Shown piece after piece: positions 26,971 to 41,119 of a stretch of DNA of 64,000 nucleotides; the first letter of the stretch is position 1; every line of letters starts with the position of its first letter. Source of the stretch: Chlorokybus atmophyticus. Its lineage: Eukaryota; Plantae; Mesostigma and Chlorokybus algae. The notes under the pieces were generated by a model that saw nothing but the letters and a program-made list of their open reading frames with translations, had not been told where the DNA came from and did not search any database. A program made the position numbers and the translations under genes. Where the stretch lies: NCBI GenBank assembly GCA_009103225.1, contig RHPI01000671.1, positions 323,944-387,943 on the forward strand, given 5' to 3'.

Positions 26971-29900
26971 GTTACAAACCTCGCACACTTGCGCACACGC
27001 ACAATCATGAATCCTTGCGAACACAGCATACATGTGCAGAACAACCTTACCACTTGTGAAATGTGCGCTTGGTGAGAAGAGTTGTTGTGCTTGTTTGGTC
27101 TACTGCCCTGACTGAGCTTGAATGATGGGGGTAAGGGGCAGCAACATCACACGAAATGCACATATCACACAGGCATGCCGCAACTCACTAGCTAACAAAC
27201 GCGCCGCCTGAATGAAGGCCAGGCTAACTGGTCGCTACTACAACCTGGGTGACATGGTCGGCCTGGCCGGGCCAAGGGTGATAGAGGGAGAGGGGGAGCG
27301 TGCATCCAGGAAGCCAATAAAGTGAGCAGTGTGTTAAAAGCACGTCAGGCATGCGCTTGTGCACAAACTTACACTCACCTCTAGAAAGGTGCCGCCTCCT
27401 TGCTCGCCGCCGTCCCGGATGCCGCCTTGACATGTTCGCCTGCCTGGCGAGGTCATGGGGTGAGGGGGCAGCTGTGGGGGACGCTTTAGACACAGATTAA
27501 CTTTCAGATAACTTCTCACCTGAGCAGCTGCAGCCGCCGCCTCGCCCGCCGTCTTGGCCTAGTTGCCGGCCTAATCCACTAGCTCATCGGCTGCTGCCGC
27601 GTTCGTCAGAACAATTTAATGTTTTCATGATTTAAAGAATGAGTGTTTCGAAACCGCCCAAAACACATCTCAATGGCGCGACCGAACCCAACTTGCAACG
27701 GCAGGTCGCGCGTCGGGGATGGGATGCAATCTGCCTGGCTGTGCGCCAGAATATGGAATGCGTTGGGTGAGCCCATGGCGGCGCTCAATGCATCGCGCGG
27801 CAACGGTGGGGTCACTAAATGCATTTTAGAAGGCGACTGCAACTCAACGAAACCGCACGCACAAACGGGGTAATTTTAAGTATGGTAGTAGGATATACAG
27901 TTACGAAAACAATACGCACATACTGTCAGCTTCACTATCAATGCACAATACACTACATGCATGCTGGACGCACATACATGTAGAAAGCATGGTTGAAGAT
28001 GTTGCAGTTAAGGTGTATCGCTTCAGTTGCTCTGCCTCACCGTGATTACCCCTACTAAAAGAGTTAGTACCTTTTAGATTAACAGCATGCAAATCGTCGC
28101 ACACATTCAACATCATGCATAATGTCAAGCGCACACCATTTGCAAGTTTACCACTCGCACTTCATAGTAAGCACAACCGAGCGATGTACAACACTGTTGA
28201 TATTGTAGGCCCTCGCTATAAGAGCCCTCGATTGGATATGTCCCCCAAACGTGCGGAGGTAAAGTTGCCTCTAAGTAAGAGTTAGAGCATCTAGTGTAAG
28301 AGCAATCAATATCGCGGATTGCTCTTACACCAAGAGCAATACCCACGGACTTTTATTGATATGCCGCTATCTATGCGCTGCTTTATGCGTTGACAGTTGG
28401 CGTACTACTTTACTAAAGCATCCGTTGACACCAGCAATCGGTAAGCGGTCGGCCGACAGTTGGCCATCCTAGCGTGACCCTTGCTATAGGAGCAACATAT
28501 GCTCCTTCTTTTAGGTCAGAGCACCTTAATACAATAGCATCGAAGCGCTCTCCAGTCCTGGTTCTTATATCGAAGGCAAACTGTATGTATGTTTCCATTG
28601 CAATTTGCCATTTCAATAGCGATGACCACTCACCGAAGTATATGTGATTTACATATGTGCAAACCATTGTTTAATGGGTGATAATTACACTGATGAACAT
28701 TACGCAAATCGACGCCTTGCACAACTTGAAGTGTGGGCATACTTTGTGATTGAGACCTTTTACACGCAACACTGCAATTGAAAGACCGTGACTGATGCAA
28801 CGAAGTTGTGGAATGCACGACATGTTATGCATAATTGTCGCGCGTAACTCCCACAACATTTAAGTAGTTTAATGCATACATTTGCTTGCAAGTGCGCGCA
28901 TACAACAGCATAGATTACACGCTAAATGCACGGCGAGTTTGAGTTGCATATGGATAGGCATCATTGTACACGCATTACGTTGGTCATTCTGCAACTCTTA
29001 CGCACAGCAGCACCGCACATAGTCACATGCACTTGAGCATGTGGAATGCTCATTGATTGTTGGTTCAGAGTGCTGCAGCGAATAGCAATCCGCTGCGGCA
29101 TTTCAATTGATTTGTTAGTTTGATGAACATGCTGTAACCGAAGCTGCGGCACCGCTGTGTCCGCATGCATAGAAAACCAATATTAACGTAAACGTCACCT
29201 ATACTTGGAAGTTGTTAGCTCGTGTGAGATTGCAGCAACCGATTGCTTGGTGTGCTGACTGCTAGCGGTGTTGGCTCATGTGCTGACTAGGGGTTGGTTG
29301 CATGACTATATTACTTGCTGCACTAATGTGCTCCTGGTATTGATTTGCTGCGGAATTGATTCACACGCATGCAGACTCGCGGGATTGCACGCGGGATACG
29401 CTAAACGCATACAAGAATCCCAATGTTGCAGTGGCTCGTTGCTCCTTTGTGGCATCTTACTCTCTCAGCGTGTTGCTACCAACTACATGACCTACCTTGC
29501 TAAGCGTGCTACTGCGGAGCCCAATAAATACACTCACGCCTTGATTATTTGCTTTGCCTTGCCTATGTCTAACAGCAAACTTACAACTCGTGTAACTTGT
29601 GCATCGGTTTGCACACTAGTTTGACTTTGTTGACAAGGTGTTCTGGTCATGCCATAGTCTTTGCCGGTACAAGTGCCTGTGCCCAGTGTCAAGTCAGCGC
29701 GGAGCAATCATCCCTGAAGAATGGCTCTCGTTTACCATGTAAACGGCTTCAGCATGCAATTATACATCTCACATCAAGTGCAAGTAGTGTTTGTAAATCT
29801 GAATATAGGTGACAAGCAGACATGGCCTGCTAATGCTCAGTGTACTGCCACAATGCTATTATACCAGATGTAACAATGCAGATTGTAACAGCAGATTGAG

Positions 29901-30186
29901 CACCAACAACGCCCACTTACCAGTGCCCAATCAAGGTGACCCACCAGCAGCTCTATAACTGCGGTGAGCGAAGCAACAATACTAGTACATGGGAAGATAC
30001 ACACACATACACAACTCTAAACAAGTGCTACCTATGAATGCCACTGGCAGCAATGTGCATGCAGGTTGTGTGGCAGGACCATTTACGTGGCGCCCTAGTC
30101 CAGATGGTAGTTACAATGCGCCTTTCGTGACCACTGTTTGCGTATAGACAACCAGATATCTTCAGAGGAGACTCTGAGAAGCGTCT

Positions 30187-31723
30187 TCAGCTAGGGTAGT
30201 CAGCATTGATACCGAAGATGCGTACCTGCCCATTAGCAAGTTGCTAAGCAAACTGATGGGTGCATCAGCACCAGAAGCAGGTGCTTGCATCCTAAAACTG
30301 CACGCTAAGATGTGAGAGAATTGCATGACGATTGCACCTGCTCAATACATAACATACCTTGTGCATGTTAGGGAACTTAGCAATCAGCAGAACCATCACG
30401 GCAATTAGGTTTAAACTGAGCAGCTGACTTGAGTAACCAGTTGTGTGGGAAGCGAGCAGGAACCTGCCAAGGAAGACGTAGCATCAACTGCTAATCAACG
30501 CACACCACCACTCAAGGCTCACGCTGACACGCAGATCAGTACAACATGCAGCCCTGTCCTCAGATCATGCACGCTGTGCACACAAATCATATGCTACAGG
30601 TGCACTCGTCAACAGACATAGCACAGCCTACACGCAATGCATGAATCCCCTCAGCAGCATGTATGACCAATGCGTTTCAAACACACAGTCCACACGGAAT
30701 GAAACTTACGTCAAGACGGGCATTACAGTAAAGAACTTGCGGTTGCGGGTGAATTGTACGCCACTGTCAACCTGCTCCCACCAGGTCTCCTTGTCATGTG
30801 CTCCCTGATCCTCTCTGAATGGTGAGCCTTTTTTCCAATGGAAGAAGTAGTAGGTGATCTGCAGGAAAGCACAGGCCAACCACATCATTGCGGAACAAGC
30901 CGCCAAGACAAAAGCTGCGTGTAATGCACAAGCATATCGTAGTCAAAACGTCTTGCAGAATTCACGAATACCCTTGTGGAACAACCCAAGTGTAGTATGC
31001 AAAGCGCTCTACAGCAATGGGTAGCAAGAAGCTGTGCGTTGTTTGCTGCTGGTATGGTTTGACAACCAAGAAAATTTGCTTCTGCTTTGTCAAACCAGAA
31101 GCAGTACGCACAGCGCTTGAAATACAACAGGCAGGAAGTTGAGTATGACATAGCATGCCATGGACGGCACAACTAGTAGGCTTGCACATTCGTCTGGGCG
31201 TGTAACGTGCCAGTCGCCAATGAAAACTGCATAACAACGGTATGCGTCCTACTGTCGTAACACTGATAGTTGCCTCTGAAGACAACATGCGCTTGCTCTA
31301 TCAGGACTGAAGGAGCCAAAGAGTATCGACCCGCCACCCACAAAGAGACACAGTAGCATTAATAAAAGCTCATCAACGCCGGGCACGTTTGGCATGAAGC
31401 AGTGCGTCATCTTCACAGCCACGGGTCGGGAGACAACTTACCGCAAAATGCACAAGATGAACAGCTGTCCAAGCGTGCCCAGCGGAGAAGCCAACAGCTG
31501 AGAAGCAAAGAAATAGCAGCAGAAGAATCAAGACGTAGCTGGTCCATACACCGGGGTAGTCAATCCAGCTGGTATTCAGGTTCATATCCGCGCTGGGCTG
31601 GTAGACAGCCGTCAGACCATGCGAGTGATGTCTGTGCAGCAGCTTGCCGGTCTGCGGAGGCGACGATGGCGACGGCGCCGCAGACGCCGTCGCCATCGTC
31701 TCCACCTGCCCTCTCACCGCCAT
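30187..31723 (-). CDS. ORMDL: ORMDL/ORM1-like sphingolipid homeostasis protein, 4 exons
   Basis: MNLNTSWIDYPGVWTSY..; ITYYFFHWKKGSPF..DQG..TWWEQVDSGVQFTRNRKFFTVMP; LFLLASHTT..IAKFPNMHK; VRIFGINADYPS*. Confidence 0.93.
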
Positions 31724-34700
31724 TGTCCAACCCCCTCCACCTGCCCTCTCACGACTCGCCCAAAACCCTAATTAAGCTGCGCTCAAGCCCACTGTACTCC
31801 CACGCTTCCCCTGCGTCAAGCCTGCCGCACCCTCCTTCTGCTCCTCACCCTCCTTTACCGCAGCAAACAAGCCCTGACCACAACCCACCACCCACCAGTG
31901 CCAGCTGCTCCTCAACCTCCTCTTCGCCACCGTCACCGCCGCCCTCGCCAAGGATGTCGCCTATGTCCGTGAACGATAAGCTTAGCTCAGCGCATATGTT
32001 AGGCGTACACACGTGGAAGGCAGCGTCTGGGCGAAGGGAATACCCCAAACACGGCTCCCAATACGCTGCTTACGTCACCAACCGCACAAACCGCCAAAAC
32101 ACGTCGTAACACAAGGGCAGTCAGATCTGGTTTAGAAACATCTAAGGTAGATACTTGGTTAGGTTTCTAACCGAAGTGCAAGTCGCACATGAGTCACCTG
32201 TACCATGACCTACTGAACACGAAAGTCAAGCGCTTTGCCAGAACCACTTCACACCCTTCGTCAGTACTTCGTGATGGTGGTTCATGAACTAAAACGGCAG
32301 GTTCGCAAACCAGTGCATCGTTAACTATTCACGTTACATCTGACTGGCGGGAAAATCGAGGGAGCTGCGCGTGCCAGTCGTATCGCGGATCTCGGCGGGC
32401 AGCGTATCTGGTGGGGCGAGGAGCTTGATCCGACGGCCAGCAGGTTCTCAGCGGCCGGTCCGTCCCCTCTCATTTAAGGGTTCTCGACGCTTCAGTCCAC
32501 GTCGGCACTGCGCAGACAAAAGATCACGCACGCAAGATACCACGGTACAAACCAGTAAAAGTATCTTGCCTTGCGCAGGCCCGTCCCTGCTTGTGCGTTC
32601 TGTGCTTGGCGATCGGTAGAGCGCCTGCCAGGTGTGCTGGCTACAATTTGGCCGCAGTAAGCAGTCATGTCAGTGAGACACATCTAGGCCATCTCAACCT
32701 ACTCTTACATTGTACATTTATCTCTTACATGTTGTCTCTTTTTCAAATCTCGTTAAACGGTAGTTAGAAGCCAACAAGACCAATTGAACCCTTATTGATG
32801 CGATCATTGTAATAAAAATCAACCATGTTTATGGTTTTTACTATGAAGGCAATATATATGGACGAAATTAGCAAACATAGTGCACCGTTCCGAACGTCAT
32901 GCATGTAATGTTTACCAGGCTCGGGAATGTAGCAAACATAAAGGGTATTTTGTAGTGTTCAATTTTTGTTGTGAAACGCCATAACGGGGCAATACTCCAA
33001 CTTTTAAACAAACGAATCATATTGTTAGGTATATATCATCTTGCAAGATAATGCGCACTACATAGTATTATGCCACTATGTTATTGTGTGATTGAAACTT
33101 CGTTGAATACATGTGTGGCAATCAAAAGGGCTTGTCATGCACACTTGGTAAACCTCTTTTTATTATTATATATTTAAGTGCAAGCGGATACAAGCCACCC
33201 GTTATCACAACCTCGATGTGTACTTTGTGTAATGATAATTTGCAAATGCTTTGCAAAGCCTACATGATTGCCAATGGGGTCAAATTCTAAAGTCAGCACA
33301 CATAAAACTATACAAGAATGCAAATGCAAGTGCCATGTCATGCCATGGCTAGTTTATGCAAACGAGGTGACACAAGATCATGATATTGTGCAATGCCTTG
33401 CACATTCACCAAATCCAGGTAGCTACTCAACTAGGGTGAAATGAACGCGCCCCCCACAACCACATCCATAGTTTTTATACACAACGCAATGACGGCTATG
33501 TGACGGGTGACTCAGATTCCATCCATTCATGACTAACGAGGTTTGGGCAGTAGTGGATGTTGATGTACAGATATAGTAGTTGAAGAAGTAAAAGGGTAGC
33601 CCAATGATGCGCCTATTGACCAAGTTGTGTTGTGTCACACAACTTGTATGCCATGCGATTGCCATGCAATAATAGCATATGTTCAGCCCATGTCACAAAC
33701 AGCATTGCAGCCGAACTACTTGTGCAACTTAACTTGGGTCTTAAGCGCTGACAGGTGTAAGGACGAAAGGGCCGGCAGCGGCATAACCACCGACATCATA
33801 GTAAAGCGCAGGGGCCCAAGCTGTCTAGGCGTCTGTCCGTTCACAAGTGCATGCCGAAGTCTGCCCAAGCCCGGCTTAACCTCTCCTCTCCTGCCCTGCG
33901 CTCTGCAGGTGGCAATGTTGCTGTCGTCTTGCCACTTCCCCTGCTTGTTGCTGCCTGAGGGTCTAGTGTGGTTATTGTGGTTTTTAAGATAGCTGTGTAA
34001 GCGGTCAGCTCTGTCTTGGCCCTCGCCTAAATCTAAGTCTTCTTTGCTTGCTGTGCGGCCTGCTTTGTGTGTTTGCTAGCACAATCATTCTAGCATTCTC
34101 TGAGCGTGCCTCGCGAAGCTCTGATGTAAGTTATATATGCCGTGTACATAAATCTCCTAAGCTATTCGAGATATGCAATGAATGCCTTGCACACATTAAT
34201 TGTGTTTGGCTAGCTGGTAGCATGTACCTGCCAGCTATGCAATGTCACGTATGCGCGACGTGCATTGCACGCAGCCAATATCCCCGGCGTTCTTTTGTAT
34301 ACAAGGGGCAGAACCAGCCAATAGGGGTTAGGGGCCGCCCTTTACCTCTTTTGCTGTACTGGTTAATGTGAATGGTGTTTGATGGCGATCTACCTCTACG
34401 TAGGTGCCTGTTGTCAACAACCTAAAGTAATCAAGAGTAGTGAGCAACTCACGAGGTGCTGCCAGCAGTGCCACACAATGCTCTGACACACAGCAACGCC
34501 AACCTGTAGGTGGGAGGCAATTGTTATTCCATGCACTGAGTCACAACAACCGCAAGACACATGAATTGCGGCCTTCAGCACACAGAGTTGCACTGTTCAG
34601 CGGGCATGCAAGCAAGACATGCGGGCACAACACAAGCGCTAGAAGCCCAACCGTCGGTTAGGGCCTTCCCAGGTGTGGAGAAACCTCAGTTGGTAGTAGA

Positions 34701-34816
34701 AAGGCCACATCAGGTATGAAGGAACACAGCAGCGTCGCTGACCAGACAGAAACTGATGACATAGAGAAGCAGGTTGTATGTATAATGCTTACAACACATG
34801 TACACGCGAATGCACG

Positions 34817-35346
34817 TCACGCATCGCGAACGCTGGTTGCTGCTGGTGCTTCGCTGTTGACCATCCATGGAATGCCGAAGCGGTCGGTGAACATGCCGAA
34901 GCGCTGCGCCCAGAACGTTGGTGCGAGCGGCATGGTTACGTTCCCGCCCTCGCTCAGCGCCTGAAACAGCTTCTCCGCCTCCTCAGCCTTGTCCACGCTA
35001 AGGTTGACACAAAACCCTTGGGGCTTCTTGTAGTAGGAGGGCGGGGCATCGGCGCCCATCAGGACAGTGTCATTCCCTATGATCAGCGTTGCATGCATGA
35101 TCTTGCTCTCCCACTCAGGGGGCACCTGGGTGCAAGCAGTGGATGGCTGTGTTATTCTTTGTTGGCAACAAGGTAGGCAGCGATGTGGCTGAGAGAATGC
35201 GTAGTGTCGTCAACAATCAGTACCTGAGTATCAGCGGGTGCGCTCTTATGGGTCGTGAGGGTGGCTTTGCCCCCCAGGCAGCGCTCGTAGAACTTGAAGG
35301 CTGCTGCGCAATCACCGGCGAAGCGGAGGTACGCCACAATCTTCAT
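34817..35346 (-). CDS. VOC/glyoxalase superfamily protein, PhnB/YjdN-like (copy 1), 2 exons
   Basis: Exons 35346-35224 and 35125-34817: MKIVAYLRFAGDCAAAFKFYERCLGG..VPPEWESKIMHATL..LMGADAPP..PQGFCVNL..FQALSEGGNVTMPLAPTFWAQRFGMFTDRFGIPWMVN. Confidence 0.92.
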
Positions 35347-37460
35347 TTTCTCACTTCCCTTGCGTCACAAGTTGTGTGCGAAAGTCAAGAGAGATGACAG
35401 AAGCATGTTGGTGTGCACTACGCAACTTGACTGACGGAAACAAACAGATCAACTGCACGATGGTTTTAAAGAGGCTTAGCGGTACACGTCACACCAACTT
35501 GATCTTGTAGATGGCTGTCACAGGTGCGCTGCTTGAAAGCCACAAGTGTGGTTGTGTGTGATAGCTTACATTATGACAGCTGACCCACAGGTGTCCGTGC
35601 TGCATGCCTTGCAAGCATTGTCGTTGACGGTGCGTGCAGTGCAAAATCACAGCTGTGGGGTTGTGTTGCGTTTCCGGCGTGGTGGACAGTCGACTTGGAA
35701 ACCGTTTACAAGTGGTTGTTTCATGATTCCATAAAACAACGTAACAGCATGTTCACATATAGCTAGCTGTTGTAGCGCCACTACCCATGCAACTCGCCTC
35801 AGTATGACTGCGTGTAAACGTTACCCCGCAGGTTGCAACCATGCACAGCTCGCGAACACCAAGCACATAAGAGCACACATCAAGAGTGCAGTACCCAGCA
35901 TTGATTACCGGACCCAAACATTCAAGTTTGCAAGCGACACACTCACCAGCACAGAAGCACACGGCGGCCGCCAAACCCTGCTTGTGTATACAGTTGCTCA
36001 GCAGCTTCGTACAGCAAAGGAAAGCACCAGCTCGCAAGCCTCGCTGCGCCCTTTTGCCGCCGACGCCGCCAGCGCTGCGGCCAGCATCACCTTCCCCCTA
36101 ATGAATAATGTCCACCTCGTCGCCCACCGCCTCCCCAGCCACGACGTCAACGAGGGCGCTGACACGGACGTCACGTCACATGTCACCGCTTGATGTCAGC
36201 GCTTTGTTGGTGGAAGCTGACAGTGTATACGTAGCAGCCGCCAAGTGTTGATGGGGACATGTGCTGTGCCTGGTGCCATCCATCCATCAGTCAGTCAGCG
36301 TGGTGAATTTGGTATTACCTCAAAGCAGTAGTTAGTTGGGGATGATTGGTGCGTCCGCCCACCCCTGCTGCTTGCATTTGAAAAGAGGGTGCCCCCCAAC
36401 CAGCGCAGGTAGGTGGCTGAAGTGCTGCTGCAAGTTGAGTGCATGCACGCAACCGTGCATTGTGCATGCATGCTAGCAGCACAATGTACTTGGCTGACTC
36501 CGGCGAATTGCATTGTGCTGCTAGCATTCAGGCAACGCTGCGTCTCACACATGCACTAGGTATCCAGTATCGTCACATTTGCATACACAAGCTCAGCTGA
36601 AGCCCACATGTACACACCATCTCTGCATACAACCAGGAATTGCTAGTGATGATGCATGTGTATGTTTGCGCCAGCTCATGCACGTCGTTTTCACAATATA
36701 CGACGCTGCACCCATGAGTCTAGCAGGGCACATAGACAACAAACAGCAATAAAAAGCTTAATATCAACGCTGCAACCAACTCGATGTCTACTCAAATTGA
36801 TGCATGTGGTATCTACCCCGTGTCACTTAACTCACACCACGTTCAGCATTGCGTCCAGTCGCGGCGAGTCTCTAATGCGTTGGCTGACTGAGTTGGACAG
36901 TGGCTCTGTTGGCTTGTCAATGTACTGGTGCAGCTCATCAAAGCAAATTCCGTTGTTGCCAACTTGCGTCTTACCAGCCGACACGTACGTGTAGATGGAA
37001 TTGTAGGTGTCAAACCAGGAGTAGTATCAACTTGACGACTCACGCCCACGCCTTGCGCCTCGCACAGTGCGAGCATGGTGAGGGGTTAGGTGACTTGCGC
37101 ACAGTGGATGAAGATGTGTACCCAAATTCGGTGTTTGTCAAGTAACCTCCCCAGTTTTGCTTATAATAAGAGCTTTGCTCGACCCATGTGCACAAGTACA
37201 GGGGGGGCCACTCCCGTACGCGCAAGTGGTTGTTACCGTTGCACTTTGTGCCTGAAAGGCACATGTAAAGGGCAACGGTAACAACCACTTGCGAGTCGGT
37301 GTGAAGTTACACATGTCGTCTACACAATATGCCACGGTGATAGTGTTGCCATGCACGCACTGCGTATGATGTTTGGCGAGTCTGGACCATTCAAGAACTC
37401 GTACCCATCCACTTCGCGGTAGGCGTTGCTAACGACTGTTGTTGTAACGGTTCCCAGCGA
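34817..37460. repeat. Left arm of a diverged inverted segmental duplication (VOC gene + spacer + PNGase 3' end); right arm = ~48950-49986 joined to 61171-62836
   Basis: Shared blocks by eye: CTACACGTACGTGTCGGCTGGTAA, AGTACATTGACAAGCCAACAG, ACTAGCA.TTC.TGGTTGT, GTGTCAGCGCCCTCGT.GACGTC, CAGGGTTTGGC and the VOC coding exons. Confidence 0.85.
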
Positions 37461-39109
37461 AGTCTGCAGTGACAAATTTTCGCATGTGGGTGATGACAAT
37501 GGTAAGGCTTACCAACATGCATGTGGGAACTAAAGCACGCACGTTGGTGATGCCGACGTTGGTGATGCCGAACCTTCGAACTGGCTACAAAAAGGCCGTG
37601 AGTCAGTGTGGTAGTAGTAGACGAGCCTGTGGGTTCTGGGTTCAGGCGAGAGGTGTTCACCAACTCCAAGCCGTGTGTGGCTTGTGCAAGCGACACTGTG
37701 CCCGTAACAGCCACAACGCCATATGCAATGTACAGATGCAACTTGGCATCCACCTGCTCCACGTCGAGTGCAGATAACCGATTGTTGCATATGACTGATC
37801 AGCCTGTAATACCACAGAAGGAAGAGGTTGTGCAGTAAAATGTGCACTACATTAAGTTCTTTCCTCACCTTGTATCCGCCATTAAGTTGCGGATTGTTAC
37901 TGGCCTGGTCTGGATAACGTTTCTGTAGCAAGGAAGGCGGTGATGTAGTTGATTCCATGGTTGAGTACGCCAACAAATGGCATTATATCGACTTCCAAAC
38001 CTTCATCATAAATGCAGGGCTGTCAAAGTCCACGTGGTAAGTCGTGCTGTACGCCACGCCGGCAACGCTCACGTCCAACAAGATGTGCACAGCGAAGGGT
38101 GCGTGTTTGACAGATGCGTAGATGTGGGGATACAACAGCTTGGCCTGAAAATGGCAAGCAGGCAATGACCCCCAACCCACCCACCTTGTAGCCACACGCC
38201 GGAAGTGATGGGATCTGCGGCTAGTGTCTGTTCCGCGGTGTTGCGCGCGCACTTCACTGGTACGTTGACGCCCGTCCACGCGCGGCCAGTCTGTGCCGAC
38301 TCCCCCGTAACACGAGGTGATTGGGTAGAATTACTAACTAGTGGATGTGCATGAACTGCGGCGACGCCTTTGTGAAGGAGTGACGTGCCAGCAACACTGT
38401 GCATGACGGTGTTGGAAGTGGTGTGGAGGGCGCAGGCCTTGTCACGTACCACTCCTGCGTTCGAGTGAAGGTGCAGAGGTAAAGACAACCTAGCATAGGC
38501 CCTAGTGCTGAGCATCAGAGACTTGTGTACTACCTACTAGTAGTAGCAGCAGCACGTGCTGATGCTGGTCACCACAGTGGAGTGGTAGCATCAGCACGGT
38601 GCAGCACGCTCCGACCTTGTTTATCAGCAGCATTGTAGTATTGCTAAGTTGACAGCTACGACAGCTGCAACGATGACGATAACGATCGCACAACAGTCTT
38701 GACAACAACAGCTGCAGTCCTTGCAGCAACAGCAACAGCAACGTGGCGGTGGCCGTTGCTGATGGCTGTTGTGGTTGTTCCTACAACCACAACAGCCACC
38801 GTTACCACCACAACAGCAACCAACACAGAAGTAAAGAGAAACAGCGACACCATGTCCAACCTGAGCAACAGCTGCAACAACAACAACAACAGCAACGGCA
38901 ACGACAACAGCAGGACTGCACTGAAGGACCTGTGGCCTGGCACTAATACACGCCTTCTGGAATGTTGGGTCCGTGTCAGGGTTGGGCCACGCATCGGTGT
39001 TGCAGGGGGTCTCGCCTTCAGCCATCGCCTGTGTTGCAGAAGCCGCCAGAAGCAGCAGCAGCGAACACCACAACGAGACGACGACCTGGCCGCTTGCACG
39101 CTTTGCCAT
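36860..39109 (-). pseudogene. PNGase A-like (peptide-N4-asparagine amidase A) copy A, frameshifted
   Basis: Signal peptide MAKRASGQVVVSLWCSLLLLLAAS..; SCTVLLARHSFTK; GVGTDW; GVWLQG; MPFVGVLNHG; VDAKLHLY. Motifs fall in different frames with stops, and one exon present in copy B is missing. Confidence 0.65.
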
Positions 39110-39688
39110 GGCCGCCTTCAGCAGCACCCAACAAATGTGCTGTTGTGTGCAATGCAGCAGCTGAGGGACTGTGTTCTGTAGATTCCAGGCATGCGCACGC
39201 TGGTGGCATCAGCCAGAGAGGGCTTTACATGTGTGCACCGCTCACGCCTCCCCAAGACGCACACACCGCAAAAGCCCTGTTCACACCTGCAAGTTGTCCT
39301 CTACAAATGCGTACTGCACATCCGTGCAACTGAGTGCTTGTCACACATGTGTGTACCCCTCCTGACTTATTACACCAGGTGCATGAACAACTACAACGGG
39401 TATGACATGACAGTACAGCAAGAATCTGAGCTACTCATGATGCTATACATGGTGGTCTGTGTATGTGACGTGACATGCATAATGGGAGCACGTTAAGAAG
39501 CAAGCGTGCTCGCCACACAAAGGCATCCAGTCTACAACTGGGCTGTCACTGTCATTGCTTGACGTATGGCTACTGACCCAGAGTACAACGGTAAGTATGA
39601 CGTAGTAGTTGCAGGTCTAAACGCTGTACAATGTAGCACTCAGCGTGCACTTGCCGATGTGCACGCTGCGTTCCCTGCGCAATTGTGT

Positions 39689-40354
<666 letters not shown>

Positions 40355-40831
40355 CAACAGCAACGCGGTTTTTATACACTTTTTTGAACAGGCTGTCACG
40401 TCAGGCACCGTAAGTAGCTGCGTGTCATGTCACATCGCGCAGCAGCATTAACCCATCGGGTCTAGTCAACTGAGAATACGGTATGAACCGTGGGCGTTGT
40501 GCTAAAAACATAAAGAAGTCAACTGCGAGCCTACTTTGTCAGGCAATAAGGACATGCTGCCAGTAGACAGCTGTCTTAGGCAACTCCTGACCGTTCAACA
40601 GTTGCCAAACGGGGATTGTCTGCAGCGGCAGTGTAGTGAGCATACCACACAATTTGATTGTGCGCCCAATCTGATGCTCAAGGTTGGAAACTGAGTGAGC
40701 ATTCACTCGTGCAAGAAAGTGTCCAGGGGAAGGTTCAGGTGTGATATATGCATACAAACAGCACTCTGCGGCTAATGAGCGACAGTGTATGTAGGACACA
40801 GCTGCCGCTGCTGCGTGGCACATAGCGCGCT

Positions 40832-41088
40832 ATGGTGAAGCGTGCAAGCGGCCAGCTGATCATGATGGAGGTGTTGCTGCTATGGTGGTCGCTGCTGCTG
40901 CTTCTGGCGACAAGTACTGCTGCACGCCCGCAAACGCCCCCTTCAACACCGATGCGTGGCCGGACCCGGACCCGGACCCGGACTTCCACAAGGCAAGTTG
41001 CCAAGTTGGTCCAGCTACTCAACTTACCTCCCACACATTCGGGCACCTGTCTCTGCAATTGGAGTGTTGTGGTGGTTGTCGTTGTGGC

Positions 41089-41119
<31 letters not shown>

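Noticed and set aside
27900-29200. Possible decayed retroelement (ALGVRAIRD, GERFDAIVLRCSDL fragments)
   Set aside because: Isolated short motifs with no collinear domain; the family cannot be supported.
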